Counted from the stretch's first letter, positions 11,081 to 23,603 are shown. The stretch: DNA of 64,000 bases from Felis catus (GCF_018350175.1 NC_058368.1:214770001-214834000); one strand, 5' to 3'. The notes: a model not told the origin generated them from the letters alone. Program-made: numbers and translations.

Positions 11081-13244
11081 TCTCATTAATTGACGGCTCT
11101 TATTGATACATTACATAAGTCTAAGTTTCAATCTGGAATAAAATGTGAAGAATAAGAAATTTATGAGCTACTGGAACACGTATTCACTTCCTTTGTAAAG
11201 CCAACTTCCATTTATTTGCATTCTTCGTTTTTCAGAAAAGAGGCATATCAGATCTATAGTCTATATAGAAAGTCAGTCAATGCATCCCATTCTTTGGTCT
11301 TTTTCAAATAAAAACCTTTCATACAAGTGGAAAATTTTTGTTTACTTCCTTTGCTCAAAATGTAGTCCACAATTAGTTTTAAATTACTTATTTTGATAAA
11401 TGGAAGAGTGAATTGCTAAAATTTTAGCAAAGCAATGCACCGATTGTGATCCATTAAAAGAAGTTTGAGCGTTATTGAAACAATCCTTTAACGACCACAG
11501 TAAAACATTTGGTAAATTGCTATCATTACTATTAATTTTGATATCATTTTGACATATAGCATAGGGTGTCTGGAACTTGACTTTATTGATGGGGTTAGAG
11601 GTAATTTACTTTCCTCAGTGCCTTCCTTGATCAATGAATTTAGAACTAGAGAGCTTACATTTAATTCTGTAAGCCTGTAAATCTGTGTGAGTGTTTAAGC
11701 GTTGAGCATTTAAATACAATTAACTGGTTGGCAAGAATTTGGCAGGCTTTGATTTCAACAACCATTTATTTGTTTGTGTGTTTCCAGCTGGAATTGTATT
11801 GTATCATACTGAATGGTATCGATCAAGTCAGTTGTGTGACTAGTAGCCGTCTGAAAATAACTCATCTCATACCCAGCACTGCTTAGCGCTGGATCATTCA
11901 TCATTGTGCACAGAGCATGAATGTCTGGGATTATTTTGCTTCCTTTTTGAGTGATAGTACTCTACTTAAATGAATAGGACAGTTAGAAGAAATTATCAGA
12001 CTTTCGTCTGTGAAAATCGAAGTAGTCATTACCAAAATTACTGATCAGTCCTGAATCAGGAATAAGTAAATGTTTTAGAAATCATGATTAAGATGATATA
12101 GACAATTGCTATTTCAGATTTGAAATATAATGTAAATGTAATATCTAAAGCCCCAAGAATTACACAAGAAAAATAACCAAATGGGCTATCTCCAAATAAC
12201 TAATTATTTTATTAGTATCTGTTACTTAATATCTAAATATTATATTTCACCAAACTATCATGTAGCCTATAGATATTTTGGGGAAATTTAGAGAGCATAA
12301 TTGTTCATTTTCTTTTTTGAAGAAAGAAAATACCCCTGAGCTTAAATTCTCATCTTCAACATGGAGATCATAATACCTACTCGTGGGACTGTTGAGTGTT
12401 AAATGAGAAAACATGTATCTGGTTCCTGAGAGACAGGCACAGGAACTATTTTTTTCCTAAGCATTTTTACTATTTCACTCTAACCTTAAAACCCTGGGGT
12501 TCATATCTTTTTTAATACTTCCCTCATCACTCAAAATCCACACTACACCAAGAAATGAAAACAAAAAAGGAACAAAAATGATGTGTTAAGTGATTAAAGC
12601 CAACAAAAGTACTTCTTGCTCATAGGCAGGCAGAGAAATGCAGATGAGATATCATTGGACTTTCTCCTGCTTGAAATACTTCTGTGAATGTACTTAAGTT
12701 TTACATGAAAACAAATGGCGAAAGGGAAGTTAAATTCAAGTTAAGGTGTCGCTTGATGCTTGATACTTGATGCTTGATGCTTCATGTTCTTCAGCATCAG
12801 TCAGACTGAACCTGATGTCAATGCTGGAATGCCTCTGTGTTCCAAGTGAGTTCTCAGATTTTAAGAATCTCTTATCACCTCAACTGGCGATGATTTCATA
12901 ATAGGACTTAATGAAATTTTAAGAAGCCCTGTAATTTTTCAGCAGAGAAAGATTGAGTGAGGAATAGACTAAGAGTCATTTTAAAGGCTGGAGGACAACA
13001 GTGATGACTTATTCTAGTAATTAAATGATTTTTATATTTTTTTAAAGAGAAACATTAAATAGAGTTTGGAGTCCATAGACTATGAAGGTCTATGAAAAAA
13101 ATCTGGGCAACTCAGGACCACTTAAGATGTTCAAGATAGACAAGACCAAAGCTGGGTTTGGAACACAGGAATTCCCAAGCAATAAGTGAGGTGGGACCGG
13201 CGGGCAGAACAAAGTCAGATGAACTTAAAAAGCTGACTCAGGTT

Positions 13245-13448
13245 GGGTCGCCTGGGTGGCTCAGTCGGTTGAGTGTCCAACTTTAGCTCAGATCATGATC
13301 TCACAGTTTGTGGGTTGGAGCCCTGCGACCGGGCTCTGTGCTGACAACTCAGAGCCTGGAGGCTGTTTCAGATTCTGTGTCTCCCTCTCTCTCTACCTCT
13401 CCCACACTCGTGCTTTGTCTCTCAAAAATAAATAAACGTTAAAAAAAG
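13245..13448 (+). mobile_element. CAN-SINE (SINEC_Fc-like)
   Basis: Canonical body; TSD aaagctgact. Confidence 0.96.
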
Positions 13449-13507
13449 AAAGCTGACTTCGGTCATTTTTCTTGTTGGTTTATTTTATGTAAGAACTTCT
13501 TAAAGCT

Positions 13508-13725
13508 TTGTTTTTTTAAATGTTTACTTATTAATTTTGAGAAAGTGAGATAAAGAGAGAGATTGCAAGCAGGGAAGGGGTAGAGAGAGAGGGAGAGAGA
13601 GAATCCCAAGTAGCGTCTGGACTGTCAGTCCCGACTAAGGACTCGATCTCAGAAATCTGCAAGGTCATGACCTGAGCCTAAATCAAGAGTAGGATGCTTA
13701 ACCAACTGAGCCACCCGGGCACCCC
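13508..13725 (-). mobile_element. CAN-SINE
   Basis: ggggtgcccgggtggctcagttggttaagcatcctactcttgattt head on minus strand. Confidence 0.94.
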
Positions 13726-14075
13726 AGGACTTTTAGAACTTTACAATGAAGATAGGTAGGTATTGTGAATTTCTAGGAAGGGAATCTAGGATTCTGTACT
13801 AGCTAAGTTTGACCACAAAATGATTTTATTTTCTGAATGCCTATTAATGTCTTATAGAATTAGTTATTCTTCTATGGGACACGGCTGATAAAATATGGAC
13901 CTATAAAGTTAACAGCCCCTTGAGGTACCCTTTATACATCTCCTCTGCCTCTTGTTACTCCTAAAACTGGGGGAGATTTTGTACCTACTTGGGCATCCTG
14001 TTGAATCATGAGCCATATTTTAATGAAAACAAACATCAATTTGTTAATAAAGTAGTGCAAATATCAAAATAGTTC

Positions 14076-14298
14076 TTTTTGAAAGCTTATTTATTTATTT
14101 TGAGAGAGAGAGGGGGAGAGAGAGAGGGTACACTCACGAGCAGGGGTGGGGCAGAGAGAGGGAGAGAGAGAGGATCCCAAGCAGGCTCCACACTCTCAGC
14201 ACAGAGCCCACTGGGCTCCAACCCATAAACCTTGAGATCACGACCTGAGGGAAAATCAAGAGTCGGACACTTAACCAACTGAGCCACCCAGGCGTCCC
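14076..14298 (-). mobile_element. CAN-SINE
   Basis: gggacgcctgggtggctcagttggttaagtgtccgactcttgattt head on minus strand. Confidence 0.95.
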
Positions 14299-15539
14299 TC
14301 GAAGTAGTTTTACATTTATCTTTTCCCATTCCTATGAACAGATTCAAGTGGAATTACATTATGAATCAATCAAATCAGTTTTACAAAGTTGACTGAGTAC
14401 CAAAAATAGATTTGAATGTTGGTTGAATTATGTTCTAATGAAAATGAGAACTAAGTGGAAATACGCCTTAATTGTCCAATTACATCTTTTTAAAGTTATA
14501 TATTCTTCCTGAATATATAAGTGAAGGTAAGAATCACAAAAATGTTTTGAAATAAGTACATATTTTCTCTAAGAAAATTATGTATCTATACATATCTGCA
14601 GCGTTAGCTGTCTTTATAACATTTTCAGCAAAAATTAAGGACATGACAAGTTTTATTAAAAGGCTTTTAAACTAAAATATGTGGAGCTATTTCAAAGATT
14701 AGAACAAAAAATGATTCAGAGTTTCACTTCAAAATGTGGGCAATTGTTTTGGTTGTAAAAGGACGCTCTGGAAGGCTGAGTGGCCCTGCCAGAACTGAAC
14801 ACATCTGAGAAATCTCAGGGGAAGCTGCATCCTCCAGAGATTTTCCGTTTGCTTTTCACTTCAAAGCAGTCAGGCTCAGCATCTTGATAATAAGCCAATG
14901 TGAACATCCAAACATCTGTAGTTTCTCCCTTCACACGCTTGGTCCTTTTGTTGGTATGTCAGAATATGGCAATGTAAATCATAGAGAAAATGTTGCCCTT
15001 TTACTTATGTTTTGACTTCAGCACATCTCTCACTGAGTCCAATAATCGTACTTGTGTTACTTATTCCTGGAATTAAAGAAGTAGCTATTTAAAGCTGGAT
15101 GGGGTCATAGGTTCTGATTTCTGCTGGTTTATGGAGAGTAAATGGGGGCTCAGAAATGTTCATTGACTTGCCTAATGGCACACAGTGGGGAAGCCGACCA
15201 GCTCTGATTGTCTCCCACAAATCCCTTTGCCCCTTGAACTCTTCTCTACACACAGTTCAGGAGCTGCTTGTTGGCCGCATGCCTTCACAGCAGCACTGTG
15301 CCAGGCTCTTTAGGGATGCTAAATCCGAGTATGACATGACTCTGTTTGGGCCGAGAGTAGCTAATGGTGTAGTTTTTATAACCAAATGTTTTTGAGGGAC
15401 ATTGTAAGATCGTTTATTTCTAATGATTAATTTTCAAAGAGCTTCGGATGTATGTTTGCTTATACAAGAAGACAAAGGACATAGAGTTGAATTAATTTTG
15501 TTAGTATATAATGTCAAACAAAGTGACTTCAGGGTGATT

Positions 15540-15800
15540 TTTTTACTTCATTTTTTTAATTGAGGCATAATTTACATACAATAGAATGTTCAATGGGATG
15601 GGTTTATACCTACATTTATAACCATATCCATAGCTACACCTACGCCTACACATAAACTTACATCTATATCCATATCTGCATCCACCTATTATCATACGTC
15701 TCTCAACCATTTGAAAGCAAGCTGTAGACATAATGCTTCTTTACTCTAAATACTTCTGTGAATTTCCCCTAAACTAAGGATATTTTTTTCATTATTTCCA
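15540..15800 (-). mobile_element. Old L1 (L1ME-like) 3' fragment
   Basis: ttaattgaggcataatttacatacaat; aaccatttgaaagcaagctgtagacataatg motifs. Confidence 0.55.
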
Positions 15801-16423
15801 TGTAACCCTTTGAATAGGATAGCCAACTTTTTAGAAGGCCAACCCTTCTAAAAAGGCCAACGAGGCCCACCAGGACAGAGACATACAGCAATATAATATA
15901 ATAAATATAATATAATGTAATATATAATAAATATAATATATAATAATCTACAATATTATAATAGATATATATGTGTTATTTTAACATAAATATATGGGAA
16001 TAATTGTTTATTTGAAAATAGATTATTCTGTCTTTACTTTTACATCAATGCTATTATTTATATAGGACTAGCTAACAGTGTCAACTAGTAGTAATTAATA
16101 TTATTAATTAAAATAATATATGTGAAAATGTCACAATATTTTATAATGTTTCTGTCTTCTGATATGGAAATTTACTTAACCTTCCTTAAAAATTATTTAA
16201 TATTTATGTTTTCTAGACTATTATTGTATATTCTTAAAATACATGAATTTAAGTATTTTTAAAAGGAGAATGTTAAAACAATAAGGCTAATTACATAGGT
16301 ATTAGATATACTTAATAAAAGAACAATGACATGTTTCTTTCCTTCACATGATACAGTAGGATTTTTTTACTGTTTCTTTTTTCAATATTAGACTTATGAA
16401 CTTCCCACAGCCTTTAAGACATC

Positions 16424-16530
16424 TTCCTTCCTTCTCTTCCTCCCTCTCTCTCTTATTTCTTTCTTCCTCTTTCCTTCCTTCCTTCCTTCCTTCCTTCCTT
16501 CCTTCCTTCCTTCCTTCCTTCCTTCCTCCT

Positions 16531-16569
<39 letters not shown>

Positions 16570-16595
16570 GTCTTTCTGTCTTTCTTTCTTTCTTT
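16424..16595. repeat. Compound (TTCC)n(TTTC)n polypyrimidine microsatellite
   Basis: Direct reading; explains the low-complexity ORFs at 16344-16671. Confidence 0.98.
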
Positions 16596-16782
16596 CGATG
16601 TCATGGTAAAACTGAATACCATCAAACATTACATTGACTTTGACTTGCAACTCTGCTTTTGTTAAGCCCATATTATATGTCAGTCAAATGTGATGACATC
16701 AGGCTAAATATGCTCTCAACAAAAGATTTTTAGCATGAAATACTTAGATTTTTTAATAAGATGTTATTTAAAAAACAAACAA

Positions 16783-17545
16783 CTTTTATTGAGGTATAAT
16801 TCTTGTAACATATAACTAACCATTTTAAAGTGTATATTTAGGGGTACCTGGGTGGCTCAGTTGGTTAAGCGTCTGACTTTGGCTCGGGTCATGATCATGC
16901 AGTTTCCGAGTTCAAGCCCTGCATGGGGCTCTGTGCTGACAGTTCAGAGCCTGGAGCCTGCTTCAGATTCTGTGTCTTCCTCTCTCTCTGCCCCTCCCCA
17001 ACTCATGCTCTGTCTCTGTCTCTCTCTCAAAAATAAATAAACATTAAAAAGATTTAAAAAAATAAAGTGTATATTCACAATGGTGTATAACCAAAATGTC
17101 TGTTTGGTTCCGAAATATTTTCAATACCTCAAAAGGAAACCCTGTCCCATTAACAGCCCTTCACCATTTCTTCTTCCTCCAGGCCATTGCAATCACTAAT
17201 CTGCTTTTTGTCCCTATATATTTACCTCTTCAGGGATATATTACGTAAATGAAGTTATGTAATATGTGACCTATGGACCTGATTTCTTTTACTTAACAAT
17301 GTTTCAGGGCTCATCTATATTGTAGTAGGTATCGGTATTTCATTCGTTTTTTATGACTGAATAGCGTTCCTTTGTATGTATGCACCAAATTGTGTTTACT
17401 TATTTACCTGTTGATAGATATATGGATTATGTCCACTTTTTGTCTATTGAGAATAGTGCTGCTATATAAATTTGTGTATATCTTTTTGTTTGAAGACCTA
17501 TTTTTATTTTTTTTCCATGTGTATCTAGGAGTAGAATGGTTTTAA
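16783..17545 (-). mobile_element. L1 (L1MB-like) 3' fragment, interrupted by a SINE
   Basis: ttttattgaggtataatt...cattttaaagtgta; later tgtccactttttgtctattgagaatagtgctgctat and ctaggagtagaat. Confidence 0.85.
16841..17062 (+). mobile_element. CAN-SINE (SINEC_Fc-like) nested in L1
   Basis: TSD taaagtgtatatt at 16826-16838 and 17063-17075. Confidence 0.97.
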
Positions 17546-17896
17546 AACACAGAGGTAATTTGCACTGGTGAAATTGAAGGTGGATTTCAGATAAGTTACA
17601 TTTTTAGTAAAGAAATTGAGAAAAAAGTCTTTCTTTAAGTTGGCTACAGTGTTTTGGTGACTTTTTGGGGGTTTGGAAGCAATCTTATTTCCAAAAATTG
17701 AATCTTTTTTGCCATATAGTTTTGTCATAACCTATACATAACTTTGAAAAGCTAATGTGCAGTCGGTTCATCATTTTCTAGACTCTTTATGATCTTTTTA
17801 AATAATACCAATATTTGCGGGGAACTAAACGTATTTTTTCCTGTAATCCTCTTAATAATTCTCATTCACAATGTATTTCCAAGTTAGAGAAGGGCA

Positions 17897-18100
17897 GTTG
17901 TATTGCATATTTGAATGTTGCTGGAAGTAAATTTTAAAAATTGTCATCACAAGAAAAAAAATGTATCTGTGTGTGGTGATGGATAGTAATGATACTGTCA
18001 GGGTGATCATTTTGCTGTGTATACAAATATTGAATCATGCTGTTCACCTGAAACTAATGAAATGTTGTCTATCACTTATAGCTTAATGAAAAAGAATGGA
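17897..18100 (+). mobile_element. 5'-truncated L1 3'UTR insertion
   Basis: catcacaagaaaaa...ggtgatcatttt...cacctgaaactaat; perfect TSD ttagagaagggca at 17884-17896 and 18101-18113. Confidence 0.9.
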
Positions 18101-18607
18101 TTAGAGAAGGGCATTCTTATTGTTCAACATTTTGAAAATATGATGTTTAGTCAGGTCAGCGTTTTAACTTTAAAAAAATATTTCTGGCAACAATGATAGC
18201 CATCTTATAAGCACATGTCTGAGCAGACTATCTCCTTCAATTTCTATAAAGTCAAAAGTCTCATTAAGTGTATTCACATGTTTTGACGAAACTGAAAATG
18301 ACCCCCAATTGTAAAATCTTCAATAACACAGGCAGGAGAATCATATCCATTTTAGTAGTATTATGTACAAGGTATGTAATACATTTAGAAGGAAATACCA
18401 TTTTCTTGGATGAGGTTATAGGCTGAATGGAATTTGCCAAATATTACATTTGTACTGTCTGCTGAATTTACAAGTATGTGAACAAAACCTAATTTTTATT
18501 TGGGCATGATACAATTATTTGTTTTATGTTTTCTGATGTTTTCTTGAAATCATTATAGAATTCAAGACTATAATTTGAAACTCCATATTTAAAATCAAAG
18601 TACTCAA

Positions 18608-18750
18608 GGGGCGCCAGGGTGGCTCAGTCAGTTAAGCATCTCCCCCTTGATTTCAGCTCAGGTCATGATTTCATGAGATTAAGCCCTGTGTCAGGCTCTG
18701 TGCTGCCAGCACGGAGCCTGCTTGGGATTCTCTCTTTCTCCCACTGTCTC
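18608..18750 (+). mobile_element. 3'-truncated CAN-SINE
   Basis: Full head and body up to gggattctctct, no A-tail or TSD. Confidence 0.9.
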
Positions 18751-18845
18751 CAGTGGTGACTCGATCATATGGTCAATTTCATGTTTGCCAAAAATTTCAC
18801 TAGAATTTTCCAAATTGTAGTTGATAAGTATTTTATAGGAAGATA

Positions 18846-20125
18846 CAGTAAAACCTTGGATTGTGAGTAACTTGTTCTGCGAGTGTTCTGTAAGACAAAC
18901 AAACATTTCTAATAAATTTTAACTTGATAAATGAGCGATGTCTTGCAATACAAGTAGTACATGATGCCAAAGGTCACATGATCACAACTGAACCAATGGT
19001 TCTTCTCTCTCTCTCTTTCTCACTCTCTCTCTCACTGAGGGATTGTGGGTGATCATCTCCCATGCTCGACGCTCACTCTCAGGCTGTGGTGTTTGGCAGA
19101 AATCAATGATTTTTCAGAATGTTGGAAGGTGCCCACAACTGGCACTAGTATATTTTTTGTCACTTCAAAGCACCTTACAGACAGTCCTTTGCTTTCAAGA
19201 GTAAGCTTAGAATTCAAAAAAAAAAAAAAAGAAAAAAAGTAAACTTAGGAATGCTTTGCTTCATTCTAGATCAGGCTGCCTGCAGATATAGACCCTTTCC
19301 TCTGTTGCCTTATTGCCAGTTACATTACAGTATATGACAAGAGTTTATTAATAATGTACTACAGTCAACATCCGCACAAGTTTATACAATGGCCCCAATG
19401 CAGACAAAGGTTGAACAGAAAGGTGGTAAGAAGGAGATGATTACGGTGGAAGTTAAGAAGGAAATCATCGAGAAGTACTAATGAGGTATGTGAATAGCCC
19501 AAATTGCAGTATTTTATAAGAAGTCTACATCTACATCATCTACATCTCGTCTGCAGAGGAGAAGGAGAAAAAGGAGGAGGAATCCCTCACTTTAAATGAG
19601 ATTAGGGAGATGTGTAAAATGTGGGGAACAGTGCAAAATTTTTTAGAAAAGCACCACCCTATTAAGGCTGTAGCAGTGCTAGTGATGAATCTGTTTAACA
19701 ACAATGCAATGTCACATTTCCACAAAATCCTCAAAAGGAGGCAAAAGCAAGTGTCAGTGGATGGGTTCCTTCTTAAAGTTGCATGAAAAGAAAAAGATTT
19801 CACTGAGCCAATAGACATTACTGATAGTCAAAGCCATCCTACACAATAACCCTCCTCTCTCTTATCTCCCTCACACCAGCCACGAAAGTTTTCAAAGTTA
19901 AGCACAGGTTAGTTTGTTTATTTTTCTTTATATTTTGTATTTTCTTTATTATTTTGTGTTATATTACAGTATTTTAATAATTTTTATATGAATATTTTTG
20001 GGTTGTGAAACAAATCATCTGAGTTTCCATGATTTCTTATGGGGAAATTTGCTTTGATATACAAGTGCTTTGGATTACAAGCATGTTTCCAGAACAAATT
20101 ATGTTCACAAACCAAGGTTTTACTG
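18846..20125 (+). mobile_element. pogo/Tigger-type DNA transposon, internally deleted non-autonomous copy
   Basis: TIRs cagtaaaaccttgg(a/t)ttgtga at both ends; TA TSD at 18844-18845 and 20126-20127; transposase remnants inside. Confidence 0.93.
19389..19849 (+). pseudogene. Disrupted Tigger transposase remnant (CENP-B/psq-type HTH start fused to C-terminus)
   Basis: MAPMQTKVEQKGGKKEMITVEVKKEIIEKY**GM*IAQIAVFYKKSTST, then in another frame ISSAEEKEKKEEESLTLNEIREMCKMWGTVQNFLEKHHPIKAVAVLVMNLFNNNAMSHFHKILKRRQKQVSVDGFLLKVA*KEKDFTEPIDITDSQSHPTQ*. Confidence 0.88.
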
Positions 20126-20319
20126 TACTCAGAATCTAGGGCAATATTCTGCTGTTCATAAAACCTTCACCCATCAGCCTAAACATCCGTTGAAGATTTA
20201 TGTGAATCAGCCACCACTGTGCTTCTTGTCTAATTGTGTGAATTTGTATTTCTGTCATTTCCTTTGTAGCTACTAGTTGTCCCTCTTCTTTAAGGAGATA
20301 CTTTCCCTTTTCTTGAAAC

Positions 20320-20830
20320 TTTAAGAAAAATTTATATCAGTATGTACTCATAGATTCTTGTTTTAATCAATGAGTTGTATTTTGTTACTATCACTAATTT
20401 TGATGCTGAAATTGTTTTATTTTAGCACATGAGCCCTTCCTGCATCCTTTTGACATACTGCCATCATTTTTTGGCACTCATCTTGTATTTTTCCTAACTC
20501 AGCCATGGAATCAGCCATTTCTCTCGCAAGCTGTAGATTCTTTCAATTAAGAAAATGGCATTTAGAAACATTTGTGCTTCTCTCAGCAAGGAGTGATTTA
20601 TGAAATAAATGTATACATATATGCATATACATATCTATTTCCCTATCTACATATTTATTTATGATTAATAACCTTAACTGAAGTCCAAACTGATACTTTA
20701 AATTACAATGCAGTATCTCAGATTTTTTTTCCAGTATGCGAAAATGCCATATTTGTAAAATGCTTCTCTGACATGGAAGAAGAACCTGGCTTCCATTACC
20801 CTCAATTTATTCACTTATTTGTTCAATCCC
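20320..20830 (-). mobile_element. Old L1 (L1MC/ME-like) 3' region
   Basis: ggaatcagccatttctc...aatggcatttagaaac; gaagaacctggcttccattaccctcaatttatt motifs. Confidence 0.6.
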
Positions 20831-22667
20831 TCCCCAGAACTTTGGCTATTGGACCCTCCATCACTTCTTCTCACTTGCCCCCCACCCCCACTGTCACCTT
20901 CTTAGATGTTAGGTCTGCCTCACCTCTGCTTGTCCACCCCATCATCACCCTTTCCTCAGCTGCCAAGAAGACGGCTGCCTCCACACAATACTGGCACCTC
21001 TTTGGTACTTGTTCCTACTCATCCCTCAGCTTTCTGCCCTCTTGTCTCGACTTTCTCAGACCTGAGTAGGATACCACCTCTGCAAAGTTGCTCTGCTGTG
21101 TCATGGAGATATTTTGAAAAATTGCACACACATTTTGCATATCATCACTTATTTAATTCATCTATACTGTTTCTTTTGCTTGGGGAGTGGGATTTGCCCT
21201 GCAAATAATCAAGCGGCAGTTATTCAGAATTATTCAAATTGTGTCAGATTCAGTGAATAATCAATGGGAGTGTTTTGGTGATTATCCATTTTTATTGCCT
21301 GTGATGTACGTACGTATAGATGGATGGATTTGTTCATTCATGTATTTTCACTTAAGGAGATGTTCTTTCCTTTCAATTGAGAGGTGACAGAAACGTGATA
21401 GTACTAATATTTTCGGGTCCTACTTTACACGTTCCTTTGGGCCTCTTATAGAAGAAAAATACTTTTCTCTTGGACATGGGCCACATAACATCAAAACTAA
21501 TAAAACTATTTTCTGAAAATGTCTTCTAGCCTTCTCAACACTTGGCCCACTGATAAACACCATAAGAAAACCAGACTTGTAAAGAATACTCAGGTTGGAA
21601 TACTGGATTCAGAGAATAAAGAAATTTATTTTATATGTTTAAAAATATTTCTATGTGAAAAGTTTGACAGAATTTCAATTGCTTCCTATAGAAGTTGTGG
21701 TAAGTTATTTTGGACAGGACTTTTTCATCATTATTGAAATTATACTTAAAATTATTCATATTACTCATTTTATTTTCAATTTGTGAAAAATGTATTTTTT
21801 CTTCATCAGGATTCTAAAGTGTCTATTAATTTCATTAGTTTAGTCAAAGAAAATGCTTTTGTCCTTGCTGAGTTTTTTATGTACTTTGTAGTATCTCTGA
21901 GTCATTATAACATGAACTATCTATTTATGAGCTACAGTTCAGAGTAATGAATTGTTTTCTACATTACCTATAATATGTTTATTAATCAGTTGAAATTAAG
22001 TTTTGTGCCAGGCATCCTAAAATTATATATGAATTTATAATGTGAATTCTTATATATATATAAATGTGTCTATCATGTTTGAAGTAAGCTTTGAGAAATT
22101 AAAAATATTATAATGATCATAAAAATAATAAGAATGCATTCTCTAAACAAAAAAAGGAAAAGAAGGATGTGCAACTTCCTAAAAATTATGATTTTTAAAA
22201 TATTAATGATCTCAAAATGTATCTTGTTATATAAGTAGCAAAGAATGTGAATTAATCTATGTAACTTGATATCTATATGGAAATAGCTGAGTGTGAACAT
22301 ATTGTTTGTAAATTCTGTTTATTAGTGTATTTGTAATTGATTTGTCAATTTGTCATTAACAGTAAACTAATTCCTAACCAAGGAATATTTTTAAAGAAAT
22401 CCAGATTAATAAAATTAGATACAATGAAAAAGAAAACTGTCAACTTGGATTATTTCTATAAAACACTTAAGAATAAGTTATTTATAGTATATGCGACAAA
22501 GAAAATGTAAGCAGTTTTGATTGTGAATAAACTAAATATGAAAAGGATTACTTTGTAGATTTTTTAATAAGTTATTTCACAGTGCTTAAAAATAATTATA
22601 TTCCAAATTTAGTAAATACATTGCTAGTGCTCACTATTGATTTAAAATGACTGAACCAACATATTTT

Positions 22668-22901
22668 CATTTACTTATTATTATTTTAAATGTTCATTTA
22701 TCTTCGAGAGGGGGAGAGGGAGAGAGAAAAAGTGCAAGCAGGGGGAGGGGCAGAGAGAGAGAGGGAGACACAGAACCTGAAGCAGGCTCCAGGCTCCGAT
22801 CTGGCAGCACAGGGCCCCATGCTGGGCTTGAACTCATGAACCGGGAGATCATGACCTGAGCTGAAGTCAGATGCTTAACTGACTGAGCCACCCAGGTGCC
22901 C
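22668..22901 (-). mobile_element. CAN-SINE (SINEC_Fc-like)
   Basis: Canonical body on minus strand. Confidence 0.96.
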
Positions 22902-23603
22902 AAGTGACATATCTTTAAATGTGGTTGAGGGTTAGCATCACCAAATTGCTTAGGCAAATTATGATGTATTAGAAATTTAAGAAAATTTGAATATTATGAA
23001 TTTATAATATTGAGTGTAATCTTCAATTCTATCTCAATCTAAAGCAAATATTAATTAAGTGATGTTGCATGTCATTGTGTGTTAAGTCATACCAGAGAGT
23101 TTAGAGGCCCTTTTTCTTGTCTTCATCAGAGCAATTACCTGTTTTGCTTCATTAGCTTCTTCCTGTACATTTCATGGAAATTGTCTTCTTAGCCTGGAGC
23201 TTTTTAATCAGTTTATAAAGTGGGAATTCATTAAATCATCTGGCCTAAACTTTATCAATATTGAGAACATTTGCATAACCTAAATGTCTTCGGAATCTTT
23301 GGGATCAGATTGGTATACAGTCTAATCAGCTTAAAGCACATACTTTTGTATTATTAAAACCAAATATGAGAGGGGGCAAAGTTGAACATAAATAAATCGT
23401 TTACTAAAGTAGATAGTTTAACTGAAATTCTGAATTCCTTGGTACCTTATTTGTTACCTATAGAGCAATTCTGCCTTATTTTCTATGTAAAGAAATGGGC
23501 AGTTGTGGTATATGCTCTGTAGTATGTATGCATGCATGTGAGGGTGTGTGTGTGTGTGTGCATATTCACATGTATAATGTATCATGGAACATTTTTCTAA
23601 TTT

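Noticed and set aside
16344..16671. K/E/R-rich and F/L/S-rich ORFs (also 35636-35866 and 62577-62765)
   Set aside because: Translations of (TTCC)/(TTTC)/(GGAA) microsatellites.
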